A DNA stretch of 64,000 bases from Takakia lepidozioides (GCA_030704615.1 CM060731.1:46872001-46936000); one strand, 5' to 3'. Shown: positions 25,301 to 38,146, counted from the stretch's first letter. Made by a program: numbers and translations. The notes: generated by a model from the letters alone, not told the origin.

Positions 25301-27061
25301 CCTTAGTGACGCCATGCCGACCACCTGCCGCACAAAGCACCTTCCATCCCTTGGTCAGGTCAGACCAGCCCCACAAAAATCTCACCGCCAACTCTAGGTA
25401 GTTGTTTCTATGTCATGCCTAGTTGTGAGGCAAATATAAATCTTACAAAGGCACATCACTACAGTCATTGTATGGCAGGAACAGATTCCTTGAAAAATCC
25501 ATTGAATTGATGCAAAAGCTAGAGTGGCTTATGGTATGTATCCATAGGGGGTCATTGATTTTTCCATAGATATTTATGCATTTGATCAGGTCTGTCATAT
25601 CCTCTACTACCATTTTTTATAGCTTTCCTTTATAGAAACTTTGTGCAGGACATTCACATTCAAAACTTAAATAGCTGGGTTTGTTTTGAAAATAGTCACC
25701 ATGTAGAAGAGGTAGGCGATGGAGAGAGGAGAGGTTTGCCGGAGGGTTCGGAGAGGGACAAAATGCTTGACAACCTTGGTGTCTTGAGAGTTGTCAGAGA
25801 ATGTAATTATGTTGCAAATACGGAGAAAGTACAGGGCCAACGTTGAAACTACCATCTGCTCCCTCCATCAATTTACCCCCACAATTGTTTAAAGTCTCCA
25901 AACCAAAATTACGTACCTCCTTCTGTCACAATTTGGATGACACCTCTATGACCTAGAATAATTCAATAACTGCACGGAAGGATTAAGCCAAGACACTATT
26001 TGCTGCACATGACCCAAGATTGACAGCAGTTTTCCCTTTCTGGATGATTGCCCATCTTCTCGCCTCCTCTCTAACATGCTTCTCCCTGTTCCTTCGAGAC
26101 CTGGATAGAACTTTAGAAAAATGAAAAACCTACAGTTTGCACAGCCTATCACCTCTCAAATCTACATCGGTCCAAAAAGAAGGTGAGCCCATTCAATGCG
26201 AAGAAATTTTAGTGAAATTTGAGGGCTTTCACAGCCCAGAAAGCATTTGCATTTGGGCACTGCAGTGCTCAGCATAGTAAAGAGAACATCTTGCCCTGGG
26301 AATAGTGGGCACACCTGCAAGACTGTGATGACATTTGCACACGGGAACTTATAACTTGAAAGAACTGCCTTGTTGAACATCACCAACATTACTGCACAGC
26401 CCGAGCCCTTTGTGAGTGGAGCCCTTTGTGAGCGGTGTGCTAGAGTACACCAAATAAGATCACATACCACTGCCTCAGTGCTGAACCTCTTCTCAACAGC
26501 TGGAATAGTTATCTCCATTCAACCTACTAAACTCCTATGAAATGAAGACTGACTGCATGGTCTGAGCACAAATCGAAGAGAAAAGACTGACATCCTCAAG
26601 TTCCCTTAGATACCAAGAGTTCAATTTGTAATTTTCTTTGTTTTTCGATCATTGTAGCATCCCCAAATTTTTTCAAAAGATTCAAGACCCAAGCTGCATA
26701 GCAACTTTCACCGATCAGCTTGATCTGAGAATCTCTTTCTCTCTGTTTCTCTCTGTTTCTGTCTCTCTCTCCACACAAAAAGGAAGCCAAAACTGTTTCA
26801 CTAGACTGTCGCGAGCAAATAAATTGCATTGATCATTCTTCTAAACCTAATAACTTTGGCCGGAAAGCGGCAAATAACGAAGCATCATGAGGTGCTGGAA
26901 AGCTCGAAAAGGCCAAAAAGACAATATCATCAACCTGCACAACCCATGTAGGAGAGGGCAACCATGGCACCGCGGCGGGTCATTCGATTACTCTTCTTTT
27001 CCTGTTCCTCCCTCAAGGCCGCTGTCGCCCCCGCCACGGTGGTGGGAAGTGTGGCACTCAT
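22337..27061 (-). CDS. UGNT1: Golgi nucleotide-sugar transporter, UGNT1/SLC35D-like
   Basis: 10 in-frame GT-AG exons: 27061-26935, 26391-26315, 25855-25700, 25324-25191, 25016-24886, 24791-24747, 24309-24212, 23307-23200, 22966-22910, 22411-22337. Motifs MTRRGAMVALSYMGCAVMLVMFNKA, VNVPMYTTLRRTTV, GLNSFGLMWCN, NTTLNSPLTQTMCG; C-terminus KLKGK*. Substrate assignment is by recalled homology only. Confidence 0.9.
23584..24060 (-). mobile_element. Intronic LINE 3'-end family, copy B (longest)
   Basis: Reverse strand encodes RTRLKFKLRAG..CPCPMCGWPEDNIH..C..CVKGFLEEIWKAR..GHKATAN and ends GAGTACATTCT. Confidence 0.85.
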
Positions 27062-29789
27062 CCTGGCAGATTAAGGCACAGTCTGAAGGCCTGTCTTTGC
27101 CTTGCTTTAATGCCTTCCCATTTCCAGCTGCAACGACTCTCCAGCAACATGCAGCTGCACGAACCCCCTCAATGTCGACACCTCAAATAGGACACCTCCC
27201 TGGCGAAGCCAATTGATAACATAGCAGGAAAAGCAGAAAAAGGGATTGAGCTGTGATCTAGTAGGACATGGGAAAGGGGAGATACATGCAGGGGACAGGA
27301 TTCGAGAAAAACCCACAAGAATCTTTCAAGAGTTCACAGCCCAGACGTTGAGTTTTGAGAGAGAGGAGGAGAGGGAACTGTTTGAAAATCCTTCGCCGTC
27401 TGTAATTTCAACGCAAATGTCTTCCCTGACCTATGTTTCTCATAGGTATATTCCTTTCCAAGTCAGACGACAAAAGTAAGAGAACATTCTCATCGGGACT
27501 CATCAAGGGTACCTGCGTACTCTCAGTCAAATCATGGGTGATGGCTTTGATTTTGCGTTACGTGTTTGGGCCGTTGAGGAGCATAAGCATCCATGATTCT
27601 CTTTCAAAGAACGGCGAAGGTGGTCGTTGCCGTCCTCGTCAGCTCAGTTGGTGAAAAGCTCGTCGTGTTGGAGCATTAGCCTATCTGTTTACCTGCAAGC
27701 ACAACTTCTAACCTCTAAATGCCACCAATCTGAAACGCAAATGATGTGTTACTAAACCCTAAAAAGGAAAGGGAGTGATAAAGTGCGAATGCAAAAAGTC
27801 CATGCACTTGCTTCTGACACCCACCTTAACTTTAGAGTCGAGACGAAGTTCGTGTACACATTGGGTTCGTTCCGGGAATTTGTTGGGACTAACGATCTGC
27901 AATGAATGAAGCTGTGGGGTTTGTACAATATGAATGTTGTCGGAGTGGAAAGCAAGGTGATGGCTGGAGCCTGTGACCTTTATCATTTAGTTATGAAGAG
28001 GACAAACACATACCTTTCAGAAGTTCAGAACCTGTCAAGACTGCACCGCAGAATTGAGTGTGTCAGCGTCTCTTGCCTTTTCTAGAACTGTATAGATCTG
28101 CAAATGTGCAGATGTGTCGCTTTCACCTGAATAGTCGAATCTATGGTGCCTCTGTCTCCCTCTTTACGGAAGCACCTGACTTCTCTAGAGGTGAAATTGA
28201 CATATCAACTGCTGGTTTAATTAGACCGTCTCACCATACTGCACTGGATCTACCAGTCTATGGCAGCGCGTGGGCATTGACTACCTGAACGAGGTCCCGA
28301 GCGTTGAGCTCACTTTACAACTGGTACTCAGAGGTGAAGCCAATTCTGTGCGGCCATAAATTAATACCCAGAGCAGGTGGACCACCTGCAAGTTATTAGT
28401 TTGAGACCCGTGATCGCGTACGTTGATGAAGCTCTGCACCGAATAATCACTATAGCTGAGAGATCAAGGAGGTAATTTTACAAAAGGCAAGAGGCGAGTG
28501 TGTTTCCAGTCCCTAGCTTACCAACGTGATCGTCTGGGCATCGTATGGAAACTCATAATGATATTTGTGAACCTCTTACTTAAGATGTGGTACTAAATTG
28601 ATCAGGTAGAGCTCTCTTCCCTGTAGGGTAGAGGGTCATTGGGAATCCGATCTCGCTGAATGGACTTAAAGGGCACCAAATCACAAAGCGAATCAGAAGA
28701 CTGAACATGCAAGCTTGCTGGCTTCAAGGCATGATCCATCGATTGAGAGCTCTGTCCTGAGTCCGGTTTGTGAATTGATTCCATGATCCCCAGACTCATA
28801 CACCTCCCTACTCCCTTTAGAAGTCTAAACCCCATCTTTAATCTTCAGGATCTATTTTCTCTGACCTTTGAAATTAGACTAGGTTCCACTGCAGCAGCTA
28901 GGGCGGGCGTTTCATAAGACCAGCTGTGTGTCTGTACACAAGGTGACGCTGAGAGGAGGGTTATTAGGTACCCTGGCAGCGTTAAGAAAGGAGCTGGGCT
29001 ATCTTCATCATTACATGGTGAACATGATCTGTTGTCACCTATCGGTGTGCAGCCTGGGCCGTACATAGCTACAGAAGGCCACCCGCTCCTTATGTAGCAG
29101 GTGGAAATCAAGACGAGTGATCAATGGATCCGAGTCTCCTGATCACGTCATGCATGTAAATGCTATGGATTTCTCGGTTAGTTAGACTTGTAACAATTTG
29201 TGCTGGGTTGTTATCATTCTCAGTCCCGAACAGTAATCAGGCGTTGCACCCAGGCTCTAAGTTGAAAGTTCAGTGTGATAAACTTCCTGCAGAGGCGGTG
29301 CTATGCAGCTGTCGTGAACTCACGGCTATGAATTCGCTACAGCAATCGCTATCTTGCTGCAACTGCAATGACCACATGATCTGAATCCTTTATTCCTAAG
29401 TTCAAGCTAAGGCGCCTCCAGCCACAGATCTGCAGCTTCCACAAGAGATGGGTACCACACACAGGCTCCATAAAATTGTCAGCAACAAGACCAACCAGCT
29501 GAGGGCTGCATTGATCACCCGTCTGGCCGGACTGTCCTGTCCACCGTCCGTCCTAACGGGTTTGTGGTTCCTTTGGCCCGTAGGAGGTAGGCGCTGCCAC
29601 CCACATCAGCTCCAGAAACTGCATGAACCCATCATCGCGGCTGTTGGTGGCTATGGCCGGTTGGGGCTCCCACACCGTCCCCCCACACACTGCCTGTTGT
29701 GGGATGCTTAAATTGTCCAGATCAAGTGCTCCATTAAAGTTGGGCGGAGCAGGAGGAGAGGAGAAAGTACTTCTTGGATTGTGTTCCTG

Positions 29790-29833
<44 letters not shown>
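29790..29833. repeat. (GA)n microsatellite
   Basis: Interrupted GA run upstream of the F-box ORF. Confidence 0.9.
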
Positions 29834-30022
29834 GAAGGTGGAAAATTACCGAAGTGCTTAGAGGGTGGTAGAGAGAGAGGCAGGGGAGACAGACACTGCG
29901 ACCTTGGGCGAGGTCGAAGAAGATGGAATTAACAAGTGAGGAATAGGGGGCAGTATCTGGACGAGCTGAGGAGTACAGGTTTAGGGAAGAGGGAGAGAGA
30001 GAAGGTAGATTTCGCTTGGTAC

Positions 30023-31213
30023 ATGGTTATGGACCAGGCTTTATGGGCGGGCTTGCCGGAGCACTTGGTAGACAAAGTGCTGGCCCTCTTGCCGGTGGCT
30101 AGCTTCCATCGGTTTCGGTGTGTGTGTAAGAGATGGAATGACCTCATTCTCTCGTCCTCTTTTCGGCAGGCCTGCAATCAAGCTCCCACTGAAGAAACAT
30201 GGCTGATTCTGCAAAACTGCAGTCTGACATACGCCTATAGCTACGACTCAAACAAGTGGTACACCTTCCCAGCTACTTCTTTCATGCCATCTTCCAAATA
30301 CGTTACGTTCCTGGCAAGCGATGGCGGACTCATCTTCTACTCGCTCAGTAGTACAGAGACACTCCATGTGTACAATCCTTTCACAAGATTTGGGAAGATA
30401 TTACCTCAGCCCCACTTAGCACAAGGCCCACCATTGGCTTCCCAAATGGTAATGGATCCAAGCGGGCAAACGTACCGGATCTTCACTCTCAGTCATGAGC
30501 ATTGGCACATGGATTCAGACCGTGGTGTGATGAGGATGCGCCTGGTGGTGGAACTGTATCATTCGATCAGCAATAGCTGGGAAGTGATCTCCGAAGTTCT
30601 TCCATCAAAGATTGAGTTCTACTCAAGCTTGGTTGTATGCAATGATATCATTTATTGCACTGTCCATTTCGAAGCTCCTGAATATAGTGTGTGGGCCTTG
30701 AACCTACAGCGGAGCGCGTGGTGTGAGATTCAAGTTCCTATGGTGCCCAAATATAGTAGATTCAAGCTTGTAGGATGCCATGGAAGACTGCTACTGGTCG
30801 CAAGGATAGAAGCTTCCGACAGCTGCGAAACAGATATGAAATCATCCAGGAAGAGGTGGAGAAATTCATGGTCGCCAAGGGAATCCCCACTGTCCACAAA
30901 GGATTCAACTGTGTGTATCCAAATTTGGGAGCTTGACCAAAGCGATTACCAATGGGTGGAGATGTTTGAAGTCACAAATCAAGCTTGGCTTCCGATAGAC
31001 CCGCGTCTTGGAAACGATATAAGCTTCACTTTCCAGGCACAGGGAGATCTATTGTTTCTACCGTTCCCTCAAGGGAGCATAAAGGTTGGAATCAAGATTC
31101 TTGTCTGCAACCTTACGACTCAAGGCCTGCTATGTGGGCCACCTTTGTTTCCTCCTTCCTATGCAAATTGCCGAGAGTTTCTCTTTAAGCCCAGGCTTGG
31201 GACTTCCGTGTGA
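30023..31213 (+). CDS. F-box protein with kelch/FBA-like C-terminal domain, single coding exon
   Basis: F-box motif WAGLPEHLVDKVLALLP..FRCVCKRWN, then ASDGGL, VYNPFTR, VELYHS..NSW, LVGCHGRLLLV, IWEL; ends FKPRL. Start taken at the first ATG in the open frame. Confidence 0.9.
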   Translation: MVMDQALWAGLPEHLVDKVLALLPVASFHRFRCVCKRWNDLILSSSFRQACNQAPTEETWLILQNCSLTYAYSYDSNKWYTFPATSFMPSSKYVTFLASDGGLIFYSLSSTETLHVYNPFTRFGKILPQPHLAQGPPLASQMVMDPSGQTYRIFTLSHEHWHMDSDRGVMRMRLVVELYHSISNSWEVISEVLPSKIEFYSSLVVCNDIIYCTVHFEAPEYSVWALNLQRSAWCEIQVPMVPKYSRFKLVGCHGRLLLVARIEASDSCETDMKSSRKRWRNSWSPRESPLSTKDSTVCIQIWELDQSDYQWVEMFEVTNQAWLPIDPRLGNDISFTFQAQGDLLFLPFPQGSIKVGIKILVCNLTTQGLLCGPPLFPPSYANCREFLFKPRLGTSV

Positions 31214-32692
31214 CTGATCAACTGGCACCACTACCTACTAGAATGGGTTGCCCTCAATGTAGTCGACCATGTCAGGACAGCGAAGGCCTTTGTTAGAAGG
31301 ACAGAACAGAGAAATATGAATGTCCGTGTGCGGATACGCAATTGACGACTGCAACGCAAAGCAGCGAACAAGTTGAAGAAGTAGTTGAAGCAGGAAGTAC
31401 GTGCATGTTCTGTCAACATCTCATTGCGTTGAAGTAAAGCAGGTCTACACCTTCGAAATACTTCCAACCCTGAAAGGGAGGGACAGGGAGATGGGAAGAC
31501 AAGTCTAAAGAAGATCTGAAGAGAGAACCTCGGTGAGTGCTCCAACTGAAATGGCCACAAGCCTGTCCCCTCTAGGTTATACAGCACAGGTGATCCACAC
31601 AATGTCCGTTCAAGCAATGCAAACAACTGAGAACCGTGTCACATTAGTGCCCTTCACAGGAGTAAGTACCTGTCAGACAGGATGGAAGAATTAGTCCATG
31701 CCCCAGTTCCCTTGGGAAGCTCCTGTTGATTGCACTTGTGCCAAATTGCAAGAGATGAAAACAAAGCTACAGGAATCTGGAGACCGGGCAGAAATCAAGC
31801 CTCCACCTGGTCTTTGACATCCATTGACGTCCTGAACTGTTGGTGTCCAAGGGAACATGTGTGTGGTAAGAGAAGAGTACTTCTTGACTAGTCCAGGTTA
31901 ATGTAGCAATAAGATCCCTTGAATAGACAGCTCTGGAGGATTGCAACCCTCCCAAAGCTAGCTAGTCATGGGTCAGAATTCTTACTCAAGCCCATCATCA
32001 CCACAGAAACCTGATAAACACTACTCAGGTTGAAAAGGGATTGTGTGTGAATGAAACCGTTGCAGAAGAAACCATACAAGAAACCATTAAGTTGATTCCA
32101 GCATTGCTAATGAAGTCTTCTAGCTCACAGGCATGTGGACATGTGGCTATACCATGCACACAACACGGGATTTGAGAGAATGCTTCAATTACCATGGCTG
32201 TATGGCGATTAACTTTGAGTAACTGCCTTAGACACTCTGATTGGCAGTCTCATATCTGTTCTCAAATTGTGATCTAGAACAGCAGTGCTGGAATCCACAT
32301 TGTGGTGCATAATGTCTACATAAGCACTGTGGCAACTTTATGCTCAGTTTCATGGCTGAAAACCTGGCTATCGTTAGAGAGCTAGAGAGATGTCCTCATT
32401 GACCATTCGCTGCAAATGTTCAATAAGATGTTAAAGGGACACAAGGTGAGACTGAAAGAGAGAGAGAGCCCTGCAAGTAAACATGGTCTCCATTTCAATG
32501 TACTAATGATATCTGTAAGTTGACAGCTAGTCCAAAACTTCATGTGCATATGGCAACTGCCAGAGCACAAAAAGACACAGAGTCCAGCCACCCATCAAAG
32601 AATGACACCCCTGCATAGAAAAGAATGTGAGTAACAGGCTTTTTGTTCCTTCAGCTGATCCGAAGCTCTAGAAAAATTCCAACTAAATGCAA

Positions 32693-34108
32693 CTATTGAT
32701 AACCAGAGACAAGCTCAATTGCACTACCAAGGGGCCAGGCTGCCTCAACCTCTGATCCTTTATATTTTACCTTCTTCACCAGTGTAATCTGCTGGTTCTG
32801 CTCAATTTGAAAGCCTTCCACAAGTAGGGAGTATTGGTAAACTAAATCAAGACAAAGGTAGCTCCGAAGATCTTCCTTTAAGTGGGCAAACTGTACCGCC
32901 ATATCTGCCAGGCTGATGCCACAGATTTTCTTCCCTGCAGTCTCAAAGTCGGCAGGCGTTACCTTTGCCTCAGAAGCTGTTGCATCTGTGATAATTCCAG
33001 CTTCTACTGCCCTATCAAAGAAGAATGATGCAATGAAAAGCTTTTTAAAACCCTCTCCCCCTCCGCCATTCCAGACTCCTCCAAATGTGCACTTCATGTG
33101 ATTGCATGCCTGGTTTACATTGAGAGCCTGGACCACCAAATCCTTGCACTTTGCAAAGTCCGCACCCTCCGAATATGCTAAAGCTAGCTGCGACTTGCCT
33201 GCATATGTATAGGACCCCTTAAATCCTTTGGGAAGGCAAGGGCACGGAGCATCTTCCTTCACAAGCTTCAATACCTCTGCCCGAGCCGCTAACAAACCAT
33301 AATGCAAGTAACTATGCACATACAAGTTGTAGGTCACGCCCAACAGCTTGAGTTTCTGAACATAGGCACGCTCATCTTTGCCGGGTTGAGGCGCCTTTTC
33401 CGAATCCTCATCAGAGATGGCATACGCCATCTGAACCGAACCACCCCCCAGATCGACAACCCCCACTGTTTCGTGGAAAGTCTTCCCCAGATTCCCCCCA
33501 AGGTAGTTGATGGTAACCCATTGATAAGATCCTTCCTGTGTTCCGTCGATGATGCTCACCCAGTTATGCTTGAACTTGAACGCACTGTCAGCTAGCAAAG
33601 TGGTCACCGCTTGCAAAAGGTTATTGGCCTGGTCACCGGGCAGAGTTCTGAGCCCCGCGGTCGCCCCAAGCCTGACAGGCGTGATGTGCTGTTGTTTGGC
33701 AGGCACTGCTCTCAAAGCCTCGTCGAGCAAGGGCTGCAGTGATCCTGCCCCCGCCTTTGGATCCTTGGCATAATCACTCAACCCTGGCTTTAGCTGGTGG
33801 AAGACCTCAAGTTGGTTGTCAACTTTGACAAGATTGATCTTCTTGTCGAAACAGAACACATGGACCCTACTACCCGAACTACCAGCATCAAAAATCACAG
33901 CATAGCGCCTCAGGCTAGGTAATTTCAAATTGTTGGAAGGTAGATTGAATGTGTCCAAAGAAGCCATGGATCTTGCATCCAGTGGCGACCGCGGCATCAA
34001 CACCAGTACCACCGAGATCAATGCAATGGGCACAGATACGACCAATATCACCCCCCGAAACCGGTAGCATTTCTCTGCTAGGGTTTCTCGCCTACTAAGC
34101 CGTCTCAT
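32693..34108 (-). CDS. APY: Apyrase (GDA1/CD39 NTPDase, APY1/APY2-like), intronless
   Basis: All five apyrase conserved regions: DAGSSGSRVH, GATAGLR, GTQEGSYQW, DLGGGSVQ, WPLG; N-terminal transmembrane anchor. ATG at 34108 (the ORF track start at 34198 is TTG). Confidence 0.95.
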   Translation of the reverse strand: MRRLSRRETLAEKCYRFRGVILVVSVPIALISVVLVLMPRSPLDARSMASLDTFNLPSNNLKLPSLRRYAVIFDAGSSGSRVHVFCFDKKINLVKVDNQLEVFHQLKPGLSDYAKDPKAGAGSLQPLLDEALRAVPAKQQHITPVRLGATAGLRTLPGDQANNLLQAVTTLLADSAFKFKHNWVSIIDGTQEGSYQWVTINYLGGNLGKTFHETVGVVDLGGGSVQMAYAISDEDSEKAPQPGKDERAYVQKLKLLGVTYNLYVHSYLHYGLLAARAEVLKLVKEDAPCPCLPKGFKGSYTYAGKSQLALAYSEGADFAKCKDLVVQALNVNQACNHMKCTFGGVWNGGGGEGFKKLFIASFFFDRAVEAGIITDATASEAKVTPADFETAGKKICGISLADMAVQFAHLKEDLRSYLCLDLVYQYSLLVEGFQIEQNQQITLVKKVKYKGSEVEAAWPLGSAIELVSGYQ

Positions 34109-36525
34109 CTTCTCTTCCCACTCGTCCTCTCCCTCCACTCCTGTCTCTCCTTCTAGCTCCAGATAAGGGTTTGCGCGGTGCCGGATCTTGCCTTCCAACT
34201 CCAGATTGACGTTGCAATCTCAGCTCCACGTCCCTGCTGGACCTCCGCCTGATCTTCCTTCCAGCACCAAACCGGTGCTGAAAATCTACCTTCCAGCTCC
34301 AGATTGATCTCAATCTCGACCAACACACTTTGAGCTTCAAATCAGTGTCCAGCACCAGATCAGCTCTGCATTAAATCACCCCAAAAATTGGAACCACCTC
34401 CACAACGGTGATCAATCCGCCCCAAAGCCAACTCCATGCAAAAATGCAGGTCCTCCCTCCCATCAACTTCCAAATACGTTAGTCTCAGATCCGCAGCACA
34501 CCATGTCGCACAATCTCTGCACAACTGCGGACTGTGGAGCATCGAGCATCCGAGAGAGACAACGTGCCCACTCTCTTTCTCTTTCTCTTTCCTTTTTTTT
34601 TTTGGTCCTGATTTGTTTCGTCTTGATATTAATTAATATGGAGTTAAATTCGAATATGTGGATGAATGTGAGCTACCTTCCACTCTCTAATGAATGAATA
34701 ATAGGGATCTTGTATTACTTTTAATATTTTGTGTTAAACTTAGATGAACAGATAATCAGCACTGGATGTAGAACCGATGATGGATGAGATAGGTAGAGCT
34801 TTTCTCACGGATGAAGACATGTATGATAGGATGAACATCTGATGAATGAAACCGGAGTGATATCCGGATGATGTCGGTAGTCGGTCTATCACCTCTGACG
34901 CTGAACTCTGAACGCAGGCGGAGCAGCGGATCGATCGGAACACACAGGGCCGCAGACGGACTTGATTTGAGCTGAATCTGGGAGTTGGCAGGTATGTGGC
35001 CTTCCTGTTGTGAGGAGAGAGAGAGGGAGATAATTATAGTGGATTTCTTACTGAAATCACAATTCAGAAGTCCGATTGCAATGGAGTGAAGCAAGGAATA
35101 CAGAGACAATAGAGCAGAGTGGATGTAGACAGCCAAAAGGAGGCCAGAAGGAGCCAAGTTCTACAGGTTGCAGCGATGCAATGTGATGGATCCTTCTAGA
35201 AAAGTTTGAAAGTATCCATCCATCCATATCTAAATGGATTCATAAGGTGCAGATGCGCGAGATATGTGGTAGAGAAGGAGAATCGAGACGATGGGAGCTG
35301 AGTTGCATGATTTGTGACTGGACAGGGAACAGGATGATGGGTTCCAGAAATCAGACACAGAAGTGGAAGGCCCTTTTTTAGGTAGATTTGGTGCCCGTAG
35401 TACTGAGACTGAGGGTGATAATCAGGACTCGATTGAAAAGCTCTTGGTGAGTGAGATCATGAGCTATATCACTTGTACAGCTTGTACAGATTATCATAAG
35501 CATTTGAATCTCTTCATCACTTGGCATTGGATCCGTGACGTCTTCCCCTCCGAGTTATAAACCACATTTCAGCTCCAGAGAGTAACTGCAAGTGAGGCAA
35601 GTTCTGCGCCTCTTGCAGTCCAAGGTCACTAATTGCTGGAGCTGTGGAGATCGCAAGTTTGTATTTACTCATATTTACCTCGCAATCCCATTATTTCTAA
35701 CCAACTTCAGCATATTATTCTCAGTATCTCGGCCCCAGCTGCTTCCCTTTTGTTACACACCAGGTTCAGATATTTTTATCTTGTCTGGACCTTGAGTTGA
35801 AAGTGCTGTGCACAGATGGATTTGTGCACAGATGGATTTCCTCAAGAAGGCCACGAGACAGTTTCTCCAAGAGCAACTACAGGGTGCAGGTTCCTCATCA
35901 ACAGCGACCCGCCACCGCACCAAAAACCGTTTCTGGCGGCCAGATGTTAGATGCCAGGAAGAAACTGGAACTATAAACTGGTTCTGAAACACAGACTGGC
36001 AACCGCTAGAGTTTCGGCAGGTGCAGAACTGACAGCTGCAGTGGACATGGGGGCTAATTCGTGCGTATGAAGCTTGTGAGTTGAAGGCTGGGGATTCCAG
36101 AGGTTGGCGAGAGAACTGTGACGAATTGAGAAGAGGGCCGCGGCTGGTTAATCTGGACGAGCCTGAATATTTGAGATGATGTAAGGGAAAGAGCACGGTG
36201 TGGTGGTAGGGTGGACCGGGAGAGTTGCCCGGTTCCGTGCAGCTCTAGTTAGCTTGCAGTTGCTAGAATTCGTTGTTGTTTGGTTTTCTTCGTTACCAGG
36301 AACTAGGGCGGTGAGCCCTCCTGAGCCTACAGAATCAAATTGTAAATCAAGTTCATAGAACTTTGAACAGGAGCATGATTGAACTGTGAATTTCTGTTAC
36401 GACTGAGATCTGGAGAGAGTCGTAATACCATACCACTCCAAAGGCCACTCCAAAGGGGTCCAATCCACCGATTGGTCCTCTTGGCATCCCCATCACCAAA
36501 AGAAAGCACCATCCAAGGGACGTTC

Positions 36526-36597
36526 AACCATTTGTGACTTTTATTTTACAAACGGTCTTCGAACCATTTGTGACTTTTATTTTACAAACGGTCTTCG
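36526..36597. repeat. Perfect 2 x 36-bp tandem duplication
   Basis: AACCATTTGTGACTTTTATTTTACAAACGGTCTTCG repeated head to tail. Confidence 0.95.
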
Positions 36598-36945
36598 AGC
36601 CCCAGGTTATCCGGGGCGTTCATCCGGAGTTGCTTCACCAAGTGTTGAGCAACGAGTGCTCAAATAAAATGCATTATCAGAGTGTGGGTTAGTCCACGTG
36701 TGGACTTTGAACGTACAAAACCCTCGTTCAATCAGTTGCATTGGGTATGAGCGTATGATTGTATGAACAAGAAGTTCAGAGCTCTACTTTCGAGATCGCT
36801 CGAGCTTCAAATCCTCATTTTAGAACCAAAAATCCGGACGAAATTATGTGCTTTGTCGTGCTGTCAGATTTTAGTATGAAATTGTCTTCCACTTACTGCT
36901 GAACTAGGTAGTCTCGATATGAGGCATGCTAGCACTTGTTGTGTA

Positions 36946-38017
36946 CAGTAGACCCTCTTTAAATGTTACCGCAGTATATGTTATATATCTTTTATTGTTA
37001 CGTTTTTTATACTCTGTAGAATATTACACTAGGAAAGAGTCAAAGAGTGTTATTTGTTAAATGTTAGGAAAGTCATACTCTCTATGGTGTAAAACCACCC
37101 TCTATATTTGTTACATGTCATTATGCACCTCCAATTAGTTGGTGGGATTTGGAACCTCAGATTAGGATCACAACCATACTGATGTTGCCTCCCAGCCTCC
37201 CAATACAACGAGTAAGTGGCAACCTATGGATGCAGGAATGATAAGATGTTTCAAAGCTCATAACAAAAAGCTTTTTATTCATCATCAAATTGAGAGTTTA
37301 ATGGCCGATGGAGCTCCCATGGTTGATGCATACCAAGCTGTCCAGATGGTTGAGCAAGCATGGCGCATCTATGTACGTTGTGATACCATTAGGCGGAGGC
37401 ATTGTGGTTTGTTTCAAATGCCGAACCTGAATGGGCTGTCTGTAACAGAGATTGGTGATGCTTCCGGATGAAGTACAAATGTAGAGTTGGATGACTTGAT
37501 GGACTTTCGTATTAGTTTGCTGAGCTTTCCGTCGATGCCTTGGAGTTTCTTAATTTTGAGGCTCAGTTTGATTTAAACGAGCCATTTCAACCAAACGATG
37601 ATGAGATTTGGGACATGGTTGGTCCAACGGAAGAAGTCGAGGAGCACGACGAAGAGGAAATTTTAATTCCACAAGAGTCCGCAGTATTATTTTCAGAAAT
37701 GCCGCACCACATACTATTCAGCTTTATATTGAACAACAACCTCAAGACACTACTCTTTTGCATTCAAAATGTTATCAATTAAAAAAGAATTGCACCCGCT
37801 AGGACATCCAATTCTAGGTGACAAACAGACCTTTTTTCTTATTTTAATTTAAATTAATGTGTAAATGGTACTTTCCATCTGGTGGACCTCGGTAGGTGTG
37901 ACCTTTATAATTGTTAGGGTGGGATATTTTTTCCCTCCTTTATGGTTAGTTGTTATATATCTGTAAATGTTATGTTTTCCTTACTCTCCATGCATAACAT
38001 TTAAAGAGGGCCTACTG
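36946..38017 (+). mobile_element. pogo/Tigger-like (Tc1/mariner) deletion derivative
   Basis: 23-bp TIRs CAGTAG(A/G)CCCTCTTTAAATGTTA, each flanked by TA; internal DDE_1 remnant PPNTTSKWQPMDAGMIRCFKAH..AW. Confidence 0.92.
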
Positions 38018-38146
38018 TATTGCATTTCCAACACCAAAAGGCCATGAGTTAATGTGGACGGAGGCCAGCCATCCATCCATGTGCATCCAATATAAAGAGA
38101 GAGGGGAGGTCTCAATATTATTATTCATCTCTTGTGCTCTTGCAAA

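Noticed and set aside
28605-28830. miR159/319-like fragments (GAGCTCTCTTC, TGGACTTAAAGGG)
   Set aside because: The arms do not pair into a precursor and the mature sequence is too divergent.
34109-34198. 30-aa N-terminal extension of apyrase from the ORF track
   Set aside because: It starts at TTG with an in-frame stop just upstream; the ATG at 34108 fits the family N-terminus.
36307-36328. miR390-site-like sequence GGCGGTGAGCCCTCCTGAGCCT (also CCTCCTGAGCTA at ~48548)
   Set aside because: Several mismatches, no second site within TAS3-like spacing and no star arm.
36526-36597. 36-bp repeat as a CRISPR array
   Set aside because: Only two adjacent units, no spacers, no cas genes, eukaryotic context.
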